A stretch of 64,000 nucleotides of DNA from Chiloscyllium plagiosum. Its lineage: Eukaryota. Under the pieces are notes generated by a model. That model had not been told where the DNA came from. It made no database searches and saw only the letters and a program-made list of their open reading frames with translations. Of the stretch, positions 11,821 through 24,834 are shown one piece after another; within the stretch, counting starts at the first letter, position 1, and each line of letters starts with the position of its first letter. Location of the stretch: contig NC_057718.1 in NCBI RefSeq assembly GCF_004010195.1, forward strand, positions 104,762,697 through 104,826,696. Direction: 5' to 3'. Made by a program: the position numbers and the translations under genes.

Positions 11821-13629
11821 TGGAAATACTCAGCAAGCCTTGAATTTATTGTCATGTGTACCGGAGCAAAGCTTTTCACTGTGCCTCAGTACACGTGGCA
11901 ATAAATTCAGTTCAATTTTCTGTTTCAATGTTTCAGATCCAGTATGACTTCTTTAGAACTTTGGCCTCCTATGTCACAGCACCAGTCACCATTGCCCTTA
12001 TCAATGTTACCCTGAATCTAAAATATTGTCTGATGTGTGTTTTCAAAGCGCAGTACTTTAAGACTACAGGAGGCTATTTTGTGTGAGTTAGTGCACAATG
12101 AATATGAACAGTGGGTGCTGTCCTCTAGGGAGCACCTCATCAAACAAATGACGACATCTTTCATGGAGAAGTATCTGAATAATAAGCATCTGAGTAATGC
12201 TTTTGGTATTGTTAAGTGGAAAATTTTAATTTCTTCAGCTGTTTCTGGTTTCAATCTGCCATCTTCCTCTTGTAGTTATCAATGAGAAGCTTGGGATGGA
12301 GTTTTATATTTAGGGATTGGTTCTAAAGCAATGACAAAATCAAATATTTGATTTGACTTCAGAAATTAACTGGTTGGAAATGTTTTTACCTTGATGGGTT
12401 GTTAATTTATGCTGCATTTTTTTTAAGTAAACTACCTTTGAAAGCATACATCTTGTGATGGATGCTGTGTCTTTCTTAAGCAATAAACAACCAAAAGTAG
12501 TTCTTCAAGTATATCATCTTGTAACGGCCCTCATCAAATATTTTCTTGATTGCTGTTTGCAACAATGTAAAAGAACGCTTGTAGATTTATTGTAGGTTGA
12601 ATCTAAGCCGGCATTGTCCTTTTGAAAACTTGTAACAGATCTGTGACTTTTTAAATATGTCCCTGTTAATTGTGAAAAGCATCAGTTGTTGGATTGACAG
12701 CTTTCTGAGCTTAACATTCTTGATGTTTGGAAGTGTGTATAGGATGGTGATAGGGGAGGGAGCAATTTAAGGTGACAACTTTCAGCTAATGTTATTTGGT
12801 GTATTGGCAGGACATTAAAAGAGTTTTTTTCCTACAGTGCATTATTAATATGGTAAATGAGCTGAGAGACACATACAAAGTCTGCCAACACTCCCTGTCT
12901 ATTGAGCCTCATGAAAAATGGATATTTGGGAGTTGGGCCAGGGGTGAGGTGAGGGGTGGGTGCTGTTGGATTATATTGCATATTGGTCCTGGAGGGTAGA
13001 CCATCAACTGCCTGTTGTACAGTTTATATTGAAGCTGGCAGAAATGGAATTGGATGGGAGTAAAGTTTGGGGAGGTGGGGTGCTGTTTGGGTTCAGCTCA
13101 TCACCTCCAGAGATCCAACCCTCCCTCTACACTGAGTCACCGGAATAGATTTTTGGCTGGGTGTTACAGATTGGGTGTCCTTTACCGAAACTGTATGATT
13201 TTAATTTCCACTAAAGCCACGGATATGTTTTAAAGTATACATTCTTTGAAGCTGCCCTTGTTCCTGGGAATTAGGCTTCATACCATGGCTAGTTTGATTT
13301 ACAATTATTTGTTATCCACTGCAGTGTCTGAAAATTGTTTCTATAGTAACATGTTATTTACAATTGCATGTCTTTTGGTTTGATTTTCTTGTGTAATATT
13401 TCACTATTTCCCCTCCCTTTCTCACAGTCAGATTTCATCCATCATGATCATTGTGGTTGGCTTTTGGTTCAACTCCTTCCACACTTCACTTTTGATGCAT
13501 TGCTCTAAAACATAATCTAACGGTAGTAATTTGCTTGTTTCTGTGACAATTTTTAAAAAAATATCTTAAGAATTCTCATATAAGTTGACATTTTAAATTT
13601 TACTTCATTGATTGATTGGTTCTGTTGAT

Positions 13630-14850
13630 CCCTAATTGCCCTTAAGGTGGTCATTAGTTGCTTTCTTGGGCTTCTCGAGGCCATTCAGTATAGGTTTCCC
13701 CACAATACCATTAGAGACAGAATTCTGGGATTTTAACTTTGCAGCATTAAAGAAACAAACAATATCTTTCCAAATCAGGATGGTGAATGGCTTGGAGGGA
13801 TCTTGCAGGGGGTGGTGTTTCCAAGTATCTGCTTTCCTTGGCTTTCTAGGTGGAAGTGGTCATGGGTTTGGAAGGTGCTGTCTAAGGAGCCTTGGTGAGG
13901 TATTGCATTGTGTTTTGTAGCTGGTACACATTCTGTTACTGAGTGTCAGTATTGGAGAGCGAGGGCATGGTGCCAATCAAATAAACTGCTTTGACTTGGA
14001 TGGTGTCAAGCTGCTTGAGTGTTGTTGGAGCTGCACTCATCCAGGGCAAGTGGGGAGTATTCCATCTCACTCCTGACTTGTGCCTAATAGATGGAGGACT
14101 GACTTTGGGGAGTCAGAAAGTGACCTACATGCGGGAGTATTCCTAGTCTCTGACCTGCTTTTATAGCCACTGTGTTTATGTGGCTAATAAGAAATAAAAA
14201 TTGCTGGAGAAACTCAGCAGGTCTGGCAATATCAGTGGGGAGAAAGCAGAGTTAATGTTTTAATTCCAATGAATCTTTATCCAGCTCTGAAGAGTCACTG
14301 GATATTAGATATTAACTCTACTTTCTCTCCACAGCTGCTGTCTGACCTGCTGAGTTTCACCAGTAATTTCTGTTTTCAGATCTACAGCATTTGGAGTTCT
14401 TGGCATTATTTAAGTGGCCAATCCAGTTTAGTTTCTGGTCATTAGTAACCCACAGGATTTTGATAGTGGGGATTTAGTGATCATGTAATTGAATGTCAAA
14501 AGGACGTAGTTAGATTCTCTCTCATTTCCTGGCTCTTGTTGTAGTTGGATATAGACTCTCCAGTCTCTGAAGATTTGTGAATGGTGCTGAACGTGGTGCA
14601 ATCATCAACGAACTTGCCCACTTCTGACCTTCTGATGGAGGGAAGGTCATTGATGAAGCAGCTGAAGATGGTTGGGCTGAGGACACTACCCTGAGGGACT
14701 CCTGCAGAAATGTCCTGGAGCTGGAATGACTGACCTCCAACAACAACAATAATTATCTTCCTATGTGACTGACCTCCAACAACAACAATAATTATCTTCC
14801 TATGTGCTGGGTATGACTCCAACCTTTGGAGAGTTTTCATTGGTACCATT
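13630..14850 (-). mobile_element. CR1/L2-group LINE fragment (second LINE family) with a reverse-transcriptase remnant
   Basis: [23 protein letters not shown]...KFVDD on the minus strand; its 3' region recurs near 21080, 21860, 24835, 30360 and 55808. Confidence 0.85.
14189..14408. mobile_element. Penelope-terminus inverted-pair mini-element, family C
   Basis: TGCTGGAGAAACTCAGCAGGTCTGGCA is inverted against TGTCTGACCTGCTGAGTTTCACCAGTA; TSD TTTAWGTGGCYAAT at 14175-14188 and 14409-14422. Confidence 0.75.
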
Positions 14851-15580
14851 TTCATTGCCTTTAACTTTGTTGTTTGTCACCCAAATGCGTCCTCCTTATT
14901 GTGAAGATATGATGGGTGTGATTGTGATGGTGTTGGTTGGCCCTCTGTTTCCTCTCTATATTGTCCAGCAGCTGTTGGGATGACTGGAGCTGGAATGCCC
15001 TCTGTTTTTTTTCGAGTTATTTTAAATAGTACACAACGTTGTTTGGGTAGATTTGTTGGGTTTAGAATTTGCAGTCTGCGGGGTCTGCCACACTCAGCTT
15101 GTCCGAGCAAATGGTGTTTGATCTCAGTTTCCTAACAACTTCTCAAAGGTTCAACTTGACTTACTGACCAAGAGATTGCCAGCTAAGCTACCAAGAATGG
15201 TGGACAATTCGGTCAGTATCTCCTTGCCAAATTGTCTGATTTATTTGCGCACTTTGTCTTCACATTGTCTTTAGTTTTGTGGAGATTTCAGACTGATCCA
15301 GCCTGAAATAGTGATCTGCTTTGCCACTGCTGGGTGTGTGAGTGACAGCCTGAGGGATGTCAGTCCTTCTCCACCTCTGGCCCCTTGTACTCAATCTTCA
15401 TCCTGAGTGACTGTTGTACCAGACGGTTGGCCTGAAAGGGTTAACTTAGAAACTTTGGAATAGCTCTGCCTGCTGAAAGATAAATGTCTGTCTCTGGGAA
15501 AGACTAGTTATTGGGAGGAGTGAGTTAGTTCTAAGAAGTTGTTCTAAGTTAGTCAGCTCTAGAATGTACAGCTATCTAAA

Positions 15581-15891
15581 TTAGATTAGGATCCCTATAG
15601 TGTGGAAACAGGCCCTTCGGCCCAACAAGTCCACACTGACCCTCCGAAGAGTAACCCACTCAGACCCATTTCTCTCTGACACCTAACACTATGGGCAATT
15701 TAACATGGCCAATTCACCAGCCCTGCACATCTTTGGACTGTGGGAGGAAACCAGAGCATCTGGAGGAAACCCACGCAGACAAATAGGAGAATGTACAAAC
15801 TCCACACAGGCAGTCGCCTGAGGCTGGAATTGAACCTGGGACATGGTGCTATGGGGCAGCAGTGCTAACCACTGAGCCACCGTGCTGCCCC
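15581..15891 (-). mobile_element. HE1-type SINE
   Basis: Full reverse-complement copy with a TTAGA-type tail. Confidence 0.9.
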
Positions 15892-15944
15892 ATATCGTAG
15901 GCATAGCTACTGTCACTCAGGAGATAAGTGTCTTTTGCCTAATG

Positions 15945-16280
15945 TTATTGTGGTTGTGGGAAGCCAGCATTCCAGAAACTCCAGTTAAGCTTTTAGGAAT
16001 ATGAGTTTGAATCCCCACATAGCAGATGGTGAAATTTGAATATAATAGTCTGGAATATGGAGTAATGTAACATTCATGTAACCAAAATCGATTATAGTAA
16101 AAACTAACCTGGTTCTTTAATGTCCTTTTTAGGAAGGAATCTGCCATCCTTGCCCAGTCTGGCCTACATGTAACTCCAGGCACACAGCAATTTGGTTAAG
16201 CCTTAGCTGCCTTCTGGGCAATTAGGGATGGACAATAAATGCTGACCTAACCAGTGATGCCCAAATCCCATAAACGAGTT
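15945..16280 (+). mobile_element. Second tRNA-related SINE family, sharing its 3' tail with the second LINE family
   Basis: B-box-like GAGTTTGAATCCC, core GGAATCTGCCATCCTT...GGCCTACATG and tail GGCAATTAGGGATGGACAATAAATGCTG; related pieces near 3980, 10675, 48080 and 56995. Confidence 0.65.
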
Positions 16281-16790
16281 ATAAAGAAATCCCAAGTGAA
16301 TTTACTTTGTTCAACACACAATAGTAAATTAGTGCTGTTTCTGCCAAAGAGTTGCTGACCTTAAATGGTGAAGGATTAACCATTAATAAGCCCCATGGAC
16401 TAACATTATAAGAGTGGTTGGGTGGCAGAAAATCTATCCAAAGATGATCAGATCCTAGCTGCGGGAAACTATTACAACAATGAGCCTTACTTTTAGCTGC
16501 CCAGGTCATAATTTCCTAATATTGTCTCCCTAAACCTTGCCTCATTTTTCATGATACTCTATTAAACTTCTCCAAGCTTTTGGTCATCTGTATTAACATG
16601 TCCTGCTGTGGGGAGATGTCAGCCACATGAAATTTCATGACATTTCTGGAGTTGTATAAATGCGATGAAATATAGCGCATTGTCTGTTTTTGAACATGGC
16701 ACAGTATTTCTCTAACTTCACACAGTACAAAGCTGTGAACAGCAAAGTAAACCGGGGGAGGGGGGGGGGGGAAGAAGAGAGAGAGAGCAA

Positions 16791-17782
16791 GCAGCTCATT
16801 CCATACATGTACCACCCTCTGTGTGAAAGGTTGCCCCTTAGGTCTCTTTTATATCTTTTCCCTCTCACCCTAAATCTATGCCCTCTAGTTCAGGACTCCC
16901 CAACCCCAGGGAAAAGACTTTGTCTATTTACCCTGTCCATGCCCTCATGGTTTTATAAATCTCTATAAGGACACCCCTCAGCTTCCGACCCTCCAGGGAA
17001 AACAGCCCCAGCCTGTTCAACCTCTCCTTATAGCTCAAATCCTCCGACCCTGGCAATATCCTTGTAAATCTTTTCTGAACCCTTTCAGGTTTCACAATGT
17101 CCGATAGGAGGGACACCAGAATTGCACGCAATATTCCAACAGTGGCCTAACCAATGTCCTGTACAGCTGCAACATGACCTCCCAACTCCTGTACTCAATA
17201 CTCTAACCAATAAACGAAAGCATACCAAACACCTTCTTCACTATCCTATCTAGTTCTGACTCTACTTTCAAAGAGTTATGAACCTGCACTCCAAGGTCTC
17301 TTTGTTCAGCAACACTCCCTCGGACCTTACCATTAAGTGTATAAGTCCTGCTAAGATTTGCTTTCCCAAAATGCAGCACTTTGCATTTATCTGAATTAAA
17401 CTCCATCTGCCACTTCTCAGCCCATTGGCCCATCTGGTCCAGATCCTGTCGTAATCTGAGGTAACCCTCTTTGCTGTCCACTGCAACCTCCAATTTTGGT
17501 CAAGAGTGTGGTGCTGGAAAAGCACAGCAGGTCAGGCAGCATCTGAGGAGCAGGAGAATCGACGTTTCGGGCATAAGCCCTTCATCAGGAACTTCCTGAA
17601 ATGTCAATTCTCCTGCTCCTCGGATGCTGCCTGACCTGCTGTGCTTTCCCAGCAACACATTCCCAATTCTGACCTCTAGCATCTGCAGTCCTCACTTTCT
17701 CCTACATCCCAAATTTGGTGTCATCTGCAAACTTACTAACTATACCTCTTCTGCTCACATCCAAATCTTTGATATAAATGAC
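16791..17782 (-). mobile_element. CR1 (HER1-like) LINE fragment interrupted by a Penelope mini-element
   Basis: Minus-strand QDLDQMGQWAEKWQMEFNSDKCKVLHFG, EQRDLGVQVHNSLK and SKFADDTK. Confidence 0.92.
17500..17702. mobile_element. Penelope-terminus inverted-pair mini-element, family A, with an intact minus-strand hammerhead core
   Basis: Minus strand reads TCCTGATGAAGGGCTTATGCCCGAAACGTCGA at about 17559-17590. Confidence 0.8.
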
Positions 17783-18029
17783 TCAGGCCTGCCTATGGGC
17801 TGGTTAATCAGTAAAGCTGTCTTGATAGTATCTCCAAATTGCTTGCATTCTCTCTCTCGTGCTGTTTACTGGTGTGTGTGTGAGAGAGTGAGGGGGGTGG
17901 TGTTGGGGGCAGAGGGCAGTGTTAGGGAATGAGTCTAATGTCAGAAGCTAGCATACAAGAGTGTCTTTTAAAAAAAAAGTTTTACTTATTTTTAAAGGAA
18001 ATGGTACCAGCCCTGGGAATGAATAAAAT

Positions 18030-18219
18030 GCAGCTTTTTTTCCTCTGTCGGTAACTAACGGGTGTGTGACGAAATGGCACAGCCCCATCAGCAGGCTGAG
18101 CTGTTGGAGTTGTTCGGTGGGGGAGGGGTGAAAAGGAAGCTGTTTCTAGAGAATGCATTACTCTAGCAGTCAGCACAGGAACTGTGCTCGAGTCACGTAA
18201 CTGAGGCTAATGGGTGAGT
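18030..18219 (+). promoter_or_regulatory. Candidate alternative promoter / first exon of SERTAD2 ending at donor TGG|GTGAGT (GT at 18214)
   Basis: Unique sequence with TGACGAAAT (18067) and GTCACGTAA bZIP-type motifs and a consensus splice donor; no transcript evidence. Confidence 0.45.
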
Positions 18220-18553
18220 GCCACCTTCCAGCTCCATTCTGGTTAGTCCTGTGGACTTGCTGTTAATTACACCAAGGTGACGGGCTGCTTTGAAGATCCC
18301 TTTGGTATCAGAGTGGGAAAGGCTGCTCTGTCAGGATCTTCTACTGATCGATTACTGCTGCATTAATGAATGCTGTAAATACAGGTAATTTATGGGATGT
18401 GCCGTCCATGTTTCTAAGTGTTTGTAAATCCAGTGGGTCAGTTTTCCTGTGTACTTCAGCTGATTATAAACTAGTGATCTCACTTTATGCTAACAATTAC
18501 ATTCTGAATGCAACATTCTACATGCAGAGCAAGGCAGGTTGCTTCTTTTTAAA

Positions 18554-18775
18554 TTCTGGATTAGTGGTGCTGGAAGAGCACAGCAGTTCAGGCAGCATCC
18601 GAGGAGCAGTAAAATCAATGTTTCGGGTAAAAGCCCTTCCTCAGGAATCCTGGTGAAGGGCTTTTACCCGAAACGTTGATTTCGCTGCTCCTTGGATGCT
18701 GTCTGAATTGCTGTGCTCTTCCAGCACCACTGATCCAGAATCTGGTTTCCAGCATCTGCAGTCATTGTTTTTACC
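18554..18775. mobile_element. Penelope-terminus inverted-pair mini-element, family A
   Basis: Inverted arms of about 90 bp meeting at AGGAATCCT; TSD TGCTTYTTTTTAAA at 18540-18553 and 18776-18789. Confidence 0.85.
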
Positions 18776-20139
18776 TGCTTTTTTTTAAAACATAGATTTC
18801 AAATCTCTTTAATTATCAGAATTGATCTCATCACCATGTCAGGATAGATAGCATTATTAGTCAGGAAGAACACAAGAGTACTCCATTTCTGATTTGGGTT
18901 TTTATAACAGTGACTGCCCCTGTTATTTGCTAACAGTGTCACTTCCCTGTTAAACCAGGATGAGTGTTATACCCGAGGACAAGTGGAGATCATTCTCACT
19001 GGATCTCAGCAGCATTTCAAATGCTCCTGGATGAAAGGAGTCTTTAGAAGTTCGGCCGTGTAACAGCTTGGGTAAGGAGTAGGTGTGAGCAGTGCACTCA
19101 GAGTGTGGGGACCTGAATCAGAGGAACCCATTCACGTGAACTCTTACATTTACTTCTGCAAGAAATCTACCGGTCTTGGGCGCTGCTGATGTGTTTAAAA
19201 TCTGAAGCTTTTGTGTAGTATCTGCACACAGTCACGTATGAAATAAGAGTCTCGACCAGTTTAATTATCCTTCAGTAAGATATTGTAAAACTGTTAAATT
19301 GCAAATGAGCAGTTTGAGCTGGCTGGGTCAGTAACCTAATCCACATATTCCAAAGGACAAGGGTTCCTGTGGCACAGAGCTAGAAAATTGGAGCAAAGGT
19401 TGGAGGGAAATATCGAATGGAAACAGTCCTTTCCACAGCTGTGTGACTTGTCAGGATACTCCATGTTCTGTGCAATGTTTTGGTTATACTTGGAGTAATA
19501 TTCTCTATTGAACCATGAGTTGTACAACATTAAAGTTATTCGCAGATACTTTGCTTACTTTAAAACAGAGAGGGTGTTAATGGAGAGATGGTGAGTTGCC
19601 ACATTAATCTTCTGAAGAACAGAAAAGATTAGTGACACGGTACAGTGTTAGCAGTTTGACACTTGCTCAGCAATGTTTAATACAAATGAGTTAGCCTTTC
19701 AGAAGAAGCAGCTCTTTGCTTTTTGTTTAAGCTGTTTGTGGTGCTGCTCACTTTGTACACTCTGGCTCTCAGTCACAGCTGACCTGAGACTTTCACTTCC
19801 CTTTTTTAGCTGATCGGGCCCCTCCAAAGCAGTAGAAACAGCAGCCTCCCCCTGGGGAATAGAAACCAACCTCTCTGTGTTGCTGCTTGTTGTGTAAGAC
19901 TTTGAGCACCAAGCGTCCATGTTGTGTAGGGACTGGGGTGGGGACATGGTGCACGGTGGCCATGGGGGGGGTTATAGGAAGTTGGTATATGTCGGGTTGT
20001 AATGGAGCAGGGGGCGAGCGATGGGTTCAGAAGTAATTGAGTTTAAGATTTTTGGAACATCAAACATCATTAATGACTAAATAAATACAAGCTAATTCTC
20101 CTCTTCCTCTATTTCACTTACTTTCCCTACTGTAACTCA

Positions 20140-20375
20140 AGCTCCCTCCCGCTCCCTCCCTCTCTCTGTCCGTCTGTCTCACTTTTTCCCACCGTCTGTC
20201 TCGATTCCTCCCTCCCTCCCCTCTGTCTGTCCGTCCGTCTCACTCCCTCCCTCCCCTCTGTCTGTCCGTCCGTCTCACTCGCTTCCTCCCTCCCTCCCTC
20301 CGTCCGTCTCGCTTCCTCTTTCCCTCCCTCCGTCCGTCCGTCTCGCTTCTTCCCTGTGTCCGTCCTGCTCCCACC
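20140..20375. repeat. Pyrimidine-rich (TCCC/TCCG/TCTG)n low-complexity repeat
   Basis: Read directly. Confidence 0.9.
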
Positions 20376-20379
20376 CGCT

Positions 20380-20566
20380 CTCGCATGCGCGCACTCTTTT
20401 TTTTTTCCCCCTGCTCCCCTGTGCAGAGGTCACTGAGTAGTTGTTAGATCTGGGTCAGTGTTGCTTTATAACAGGTCAGCCGTCACGATGTACTCAGACT
20501 CTCAATTATTCCTGGTCCTGTCTTCATGTCTCTCCTCAGCTGCCTGGTTGAGATCGCGAGGTAACA
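20380..20566 (+). promoter_or_regulatory. Candidate upstream exon of SERTAD2 ending at donor GAG|GTAACA (GT at 20561)
   Basis: NRF1-like CGCATGCGCGCA, a possible acceptor at 20426, and an ATG at 20526 that is in frame with SERTAD2 if spliced to 59860. Confidence 0.4.
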
Positions 20567-21079
20567 GAGACTTGATTTTGTTTGAAGAGGCACAGAATGT
20601 TGGGGTGTAACATCAGGAGAACTGTCCAACGTGGTTCAAAAATGAACAATAAAGAAAATTGAATTTAGGATTTTGTTGAAAATGGCTGGAGGGTACCAGG
20701 GAGTGTCGGTATTGAAGCAGTCGCCATGAATCTCTGTGAAAGAGTTTAGTCTGTGAGTGGTGACGGTCCCAGTTGCTGGCACAGTGCCCCTACGATAGAT
20801 TGACAGTAGAATGACTGGATAATAACTACATTTTTCTTTGATTATTCAACTCAAATTTATTTTTAGGCAGACTGAACCCATTTATTTGAAACGCATCAAA
20901 GTTTTTAATGCATGTTCAAAGCATTCCAGGAAAATGAACCATGTGCAAAGTATTTGAAGGAAGGGAGGGGGGAGGCCAAATGTAGAGAATTGAACAGGAC
21001 AAGGTATAACTATACACGATAGAACTGCTTATGCAAACAACAAGTAGACAAATATTCAAAATAACTTGATTCTTTGGAC

Positions 21080-22103
21080 ATTGCTGGCTGGGCCCGATTT
21101 ATTTCCCATTCCAAATTATCCTGGGGAAAGGGGGAGTGAGCCACTGTCTTGAACTGCTGCATTATTGGGGTGGCCGTACAGTGCTGTTAGACAGAGAGTT
21201 CCAGGATTTTGACCCAGTGACACTGAAAGAACGGTGATATATTTCCAAGCCAGGCTGGTGAGTGGCTCGGAGGGGAACTTGGCAGGGAGTGGTGTTCCCA
21301 TGTATCTGCTGCCATTGTCCTTCTAGAAACATTGAAACATCGGAAGTAGGAGGAGGCCATTCGGCCTATCTGAGCCTGCTCCATCATGGTTAATCATCCA
21401 ACTCAATAACTTGTCCCTGCTTTCCCCCAGATTCTTTTATCCATTTATTCCCAAGCACTATATCTAATTCCTTCTTGAAACCATACCATGGTTTGGCCAC
21501 AGGCTTACCACACAGTGAAGGAGTGTGTCCTTATCTCAGTTCCAAATGGTTTACTCTACATCCCTTGACCACTGGTTCTGGATTCTGCACCAACACTAGG
21601 AACATCCTGTATCTACCCTGCCTGGTCCTGTTAGAATTTCATAGGTTTCTGTAGCTCCCGCCTCTTGTTCTATCCTCCATTGAATATAATCCTAACCAAT
21701 CCATCCTGGGTTCCTATGTCAGTCCTGCCATCCCAGGAATCAGTCTGGTAGATCTTTGTTGCACTCTGTCTATAGCAAGAACATCCTTCCTTGGATAAGG
21801 AGACCAAAACTGCCCACGATATTCCAGGTACCATCTCATTATATTTTAGTCAGTAGAGGTTGCTTTAATAATGTGCCTGGGTGAACTCCTGCAGTGCATC
21901 TGGTAGCTGGTACACACTGCTATTACTGAATGTTGGTGCAGGGAGTGAATGCTGAAAGTGTTGAATGGGTTACCATTGAAGTAGGCAGCTTTGTCGTGGA
22001 TGGAGTGGAGCTGCTTGAGCTGCACCCATCCAGGCAAGTGGGGAGTATTCCATCCCACTCCTGACTTGTGCCTTGTAGATGGTGTACAGGCTTTGGGGAG
22101 TCA
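21080..22103 (-). mobile_element. Second-family LINE 3' fragment with a nested CR1 3' fragment (about 21330-21835)
   Basis: GGTGTTCCCATGTATCTGCTGCC block, plus the CR1 block GGAGACCAAAACTGCCCACGATATTCCAGG. Confidence 0.75.
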
Positions 22104-22740
22104 TCAATGAACATTGCTTCTGAATGGTTTGTTATTTGGTGAAAGGTGTGAACTAGGGCTGAAATTCCAGAATGTGGTTGAAGAAGGGGCAAAAGATTGA
22201 AGGAATTCAATCTCCTCTCAATCTCCTATTCACCCTCCTCTCAGTATGAGTTTCATTTCGTGTTTGAGAAGCCAGTGCAGATCAGGAAAGGGCCTCATGA
22301 ATGTGTTTAAATCAGGTTCTGTTTGCAGGCAGGAAAGTGAAGGTACTTTCACAGCCAATGGTGAAGTTGTTTTACCGAAAAATAATCTGCTGTCTGCATC
22401 CTTCCATTTACATGGAACCCCAAGAAAAATCGTTTGGGTCACTGCTGCTCAGGGTAGTGCTGGTGAAGAGCAGAGATACATTGAAGGGGCAAGTTGGATA
22501 GACACGAAAGAGAAAGAAATGGATAGGGCTGAGAGGAGGACGGTGTAGTGCAGAAATGCGAACCTGTGGCCTGTTTATTGCAGTCGATAGTTTGTAAGAC
22601 AATTCTCAACATTAGCGAGTCGTCTTGTCACTTTGTTCTCTATACCATTGCATTGCGATTGCAAAAATAAGAAAGGGGAAGCATCATATAATGTTGAACT
22701 GGGAAGGTGATGTTAGTTGCCAGTTATAAATCCTTAACCA

Positions 22741-22888
22741 GCACTGAAATAATACTGGAAAAACTCAGCAGGTCTTGCAGCATCTGTGGAGAGAGTGAGG
22801 AAAACAGAGTTAACATTTTGAGTCCAACATGGCTCATGTTGTTCAGAATTAAAGATTTCCAGCCTCTGCAGTATTTTGCTTTTATTTG
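22741..22888. mobile_element. Penelope-terminus fragment pair, family C
   Basis: CTGGAAAAACTCAGCAGGTC...GAGTTAACATTTTGAGTC followed by TTTCCAGCCTCTGCAGTATTTTGCTTTT. Confidence 0.65.
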
Positions 22889-24834
22889 AGAAGTTAGAAT
22901 TCCATATTCCTTCAAAGAAAGTTTGTGGCCTTCACTAACTAAAGGTCACTTTCACAAGCTGATTGGTATTTGGGGATCTGAATGTTTTCATTGGCCAGTA
23001 TCTCTTCTCTGTATCGTTTGATTGAGTTACGCTGACCTGTTTGGGGTTGTTAATTAAAGCCATGATGCAATTGCCTTTGTGACAGAAAAGGGTCAACTTT
23101 CAGATTTCAGTGTCCTCGACCAGCTCCATTCAATGGAGTGACTGTTTAGAAATGCTGTTTCACACAAGCATGATCAACATCATTGTCCTATTTCAAATAT
23201 ATTCTTTAAATTACTTTATCGCCACTTAATGGGTGATCATCTGGCAGGGTTTCAGGTGATTGATGAAATTGGTTTGACAGTTTCTCTCTGGAGTCCAGAG
23301 CAAAGCAGAAGAACTTGCAATCTGAGTGGGGCCACTGGGAGGGATGTCACAAAGCACATCCCCACACAAAGTGGGTTGGAAATTAGCAACACTGTACCCC
23401 AAATGGTACAAAACAAGGCTGGAACAGGTCAGTTGAATATTTCAACTAATAGAGATGGGTCATTATTTAATAAAGGGGGAATAAAGGTTATGGGATCAAG
23501 GAGTGTAGGTGAAGGGAAACTATAGATCAGCCATGATCACATAGAAAGGTGGGTCAATGGGCTGAATGGCCTCTTCCAGTTCCTATATTTAAACTGAAAA
23601 CAAAATAATATTTGACAACTTTACAAGTGTAACATATATGTATATATGATCTATAATCTTTCACTGTATACTCATCTTGCAGGACATTTTTTTTGTTTCT
23701 TAAGCATATAGTTTTTCCAATTGCCCATGCTTTTGTTAGCTGCTTTATCAGTTGCCAGTGCCGTTGTCTGTGAGGTGTAATATATCATGTGCAGTATTGT
23801 ATAACCTGGCAAGTGAACTCCCAGACACTGTCCAGCACCCTGTCTGACAGGGTGTATTAGAGCACTGGCCATCGTGGTTAATTCCTCAGCAATGCGAGCA
23901 GATGGAGACTCCTGCTAAAGAATGACCCCCTTCTGGATGTGAGAAAGCCCAGTAAAATACAGAGACAAGATGATGATGTTAGCAGTTGTCTTCTGTATTA
24001 GTATAAAATAGACCCAGTATCACTTTACCACTTCCCCAGCACCTTTCCCCCCAGCTATTACAAGAACTCTGTGTATCTAATGCCGAATCCTGGAAAGTTG
24101 CAATCAGAATGATGTTTTAAATGATTACCTGACATTGATTTTGAGGAAGAGGGGCTGGGTGTAGGAGAGCTTTCCTTTTTCACACTTTCCCTCTTCTCTC
24201 CCATAATGCTACTGCTGTATGACATTGGGCAAATTGTAAAATAAATTGTTCCAAATCTCTCTGCAGGCTTGATTAGACAAAGGCTGGTGTGTTTCAGTGG
24301 TTGATGGGAGCTTTGTGCCTGCTTTAGTATGTTTTGAGGTAAATGTAGATGGCTGAAACATAGATGAGGGCCAGATGCAGTTTGGCACATGGTCAAACAG
24401 CTGCTGTTGTTGCTGGGTTTCATTAGCTCGGAGTTAACTGTTGACCAGCAGTGAAATCTGCCATGGAGCTTCCAACTGCGTTGTATGAAAGCATGAATTC
24501 TAACAATGTACAATTGAATCTTTCTGCAAAAAGACATTTTACAATCTTAAAGAGCTGTGTGTCTGAGTAAATCTCTCATTTTCTTTTTTTTTGTTTTCTC
24601 TCATTTATCCTCCCCTCCATCTCCGAGGATGGTTCATTGCTGTAAAGCAATTGAGACCTGGATTGCACTCTGACACAATCCAAATTCTAGTCTTGATGGA
24701 CTGGAGTATATTTTTCAGGTTTATATTTGCTAACTCTTGGAAGTGAGAGGGAAATAGGCCAGGACAGAGTGAGGGCTAGAATAACTTGATGAGTGCAAAA
24801 TTATTTTGAGTAATTTACTGGACATGAATTGCTG

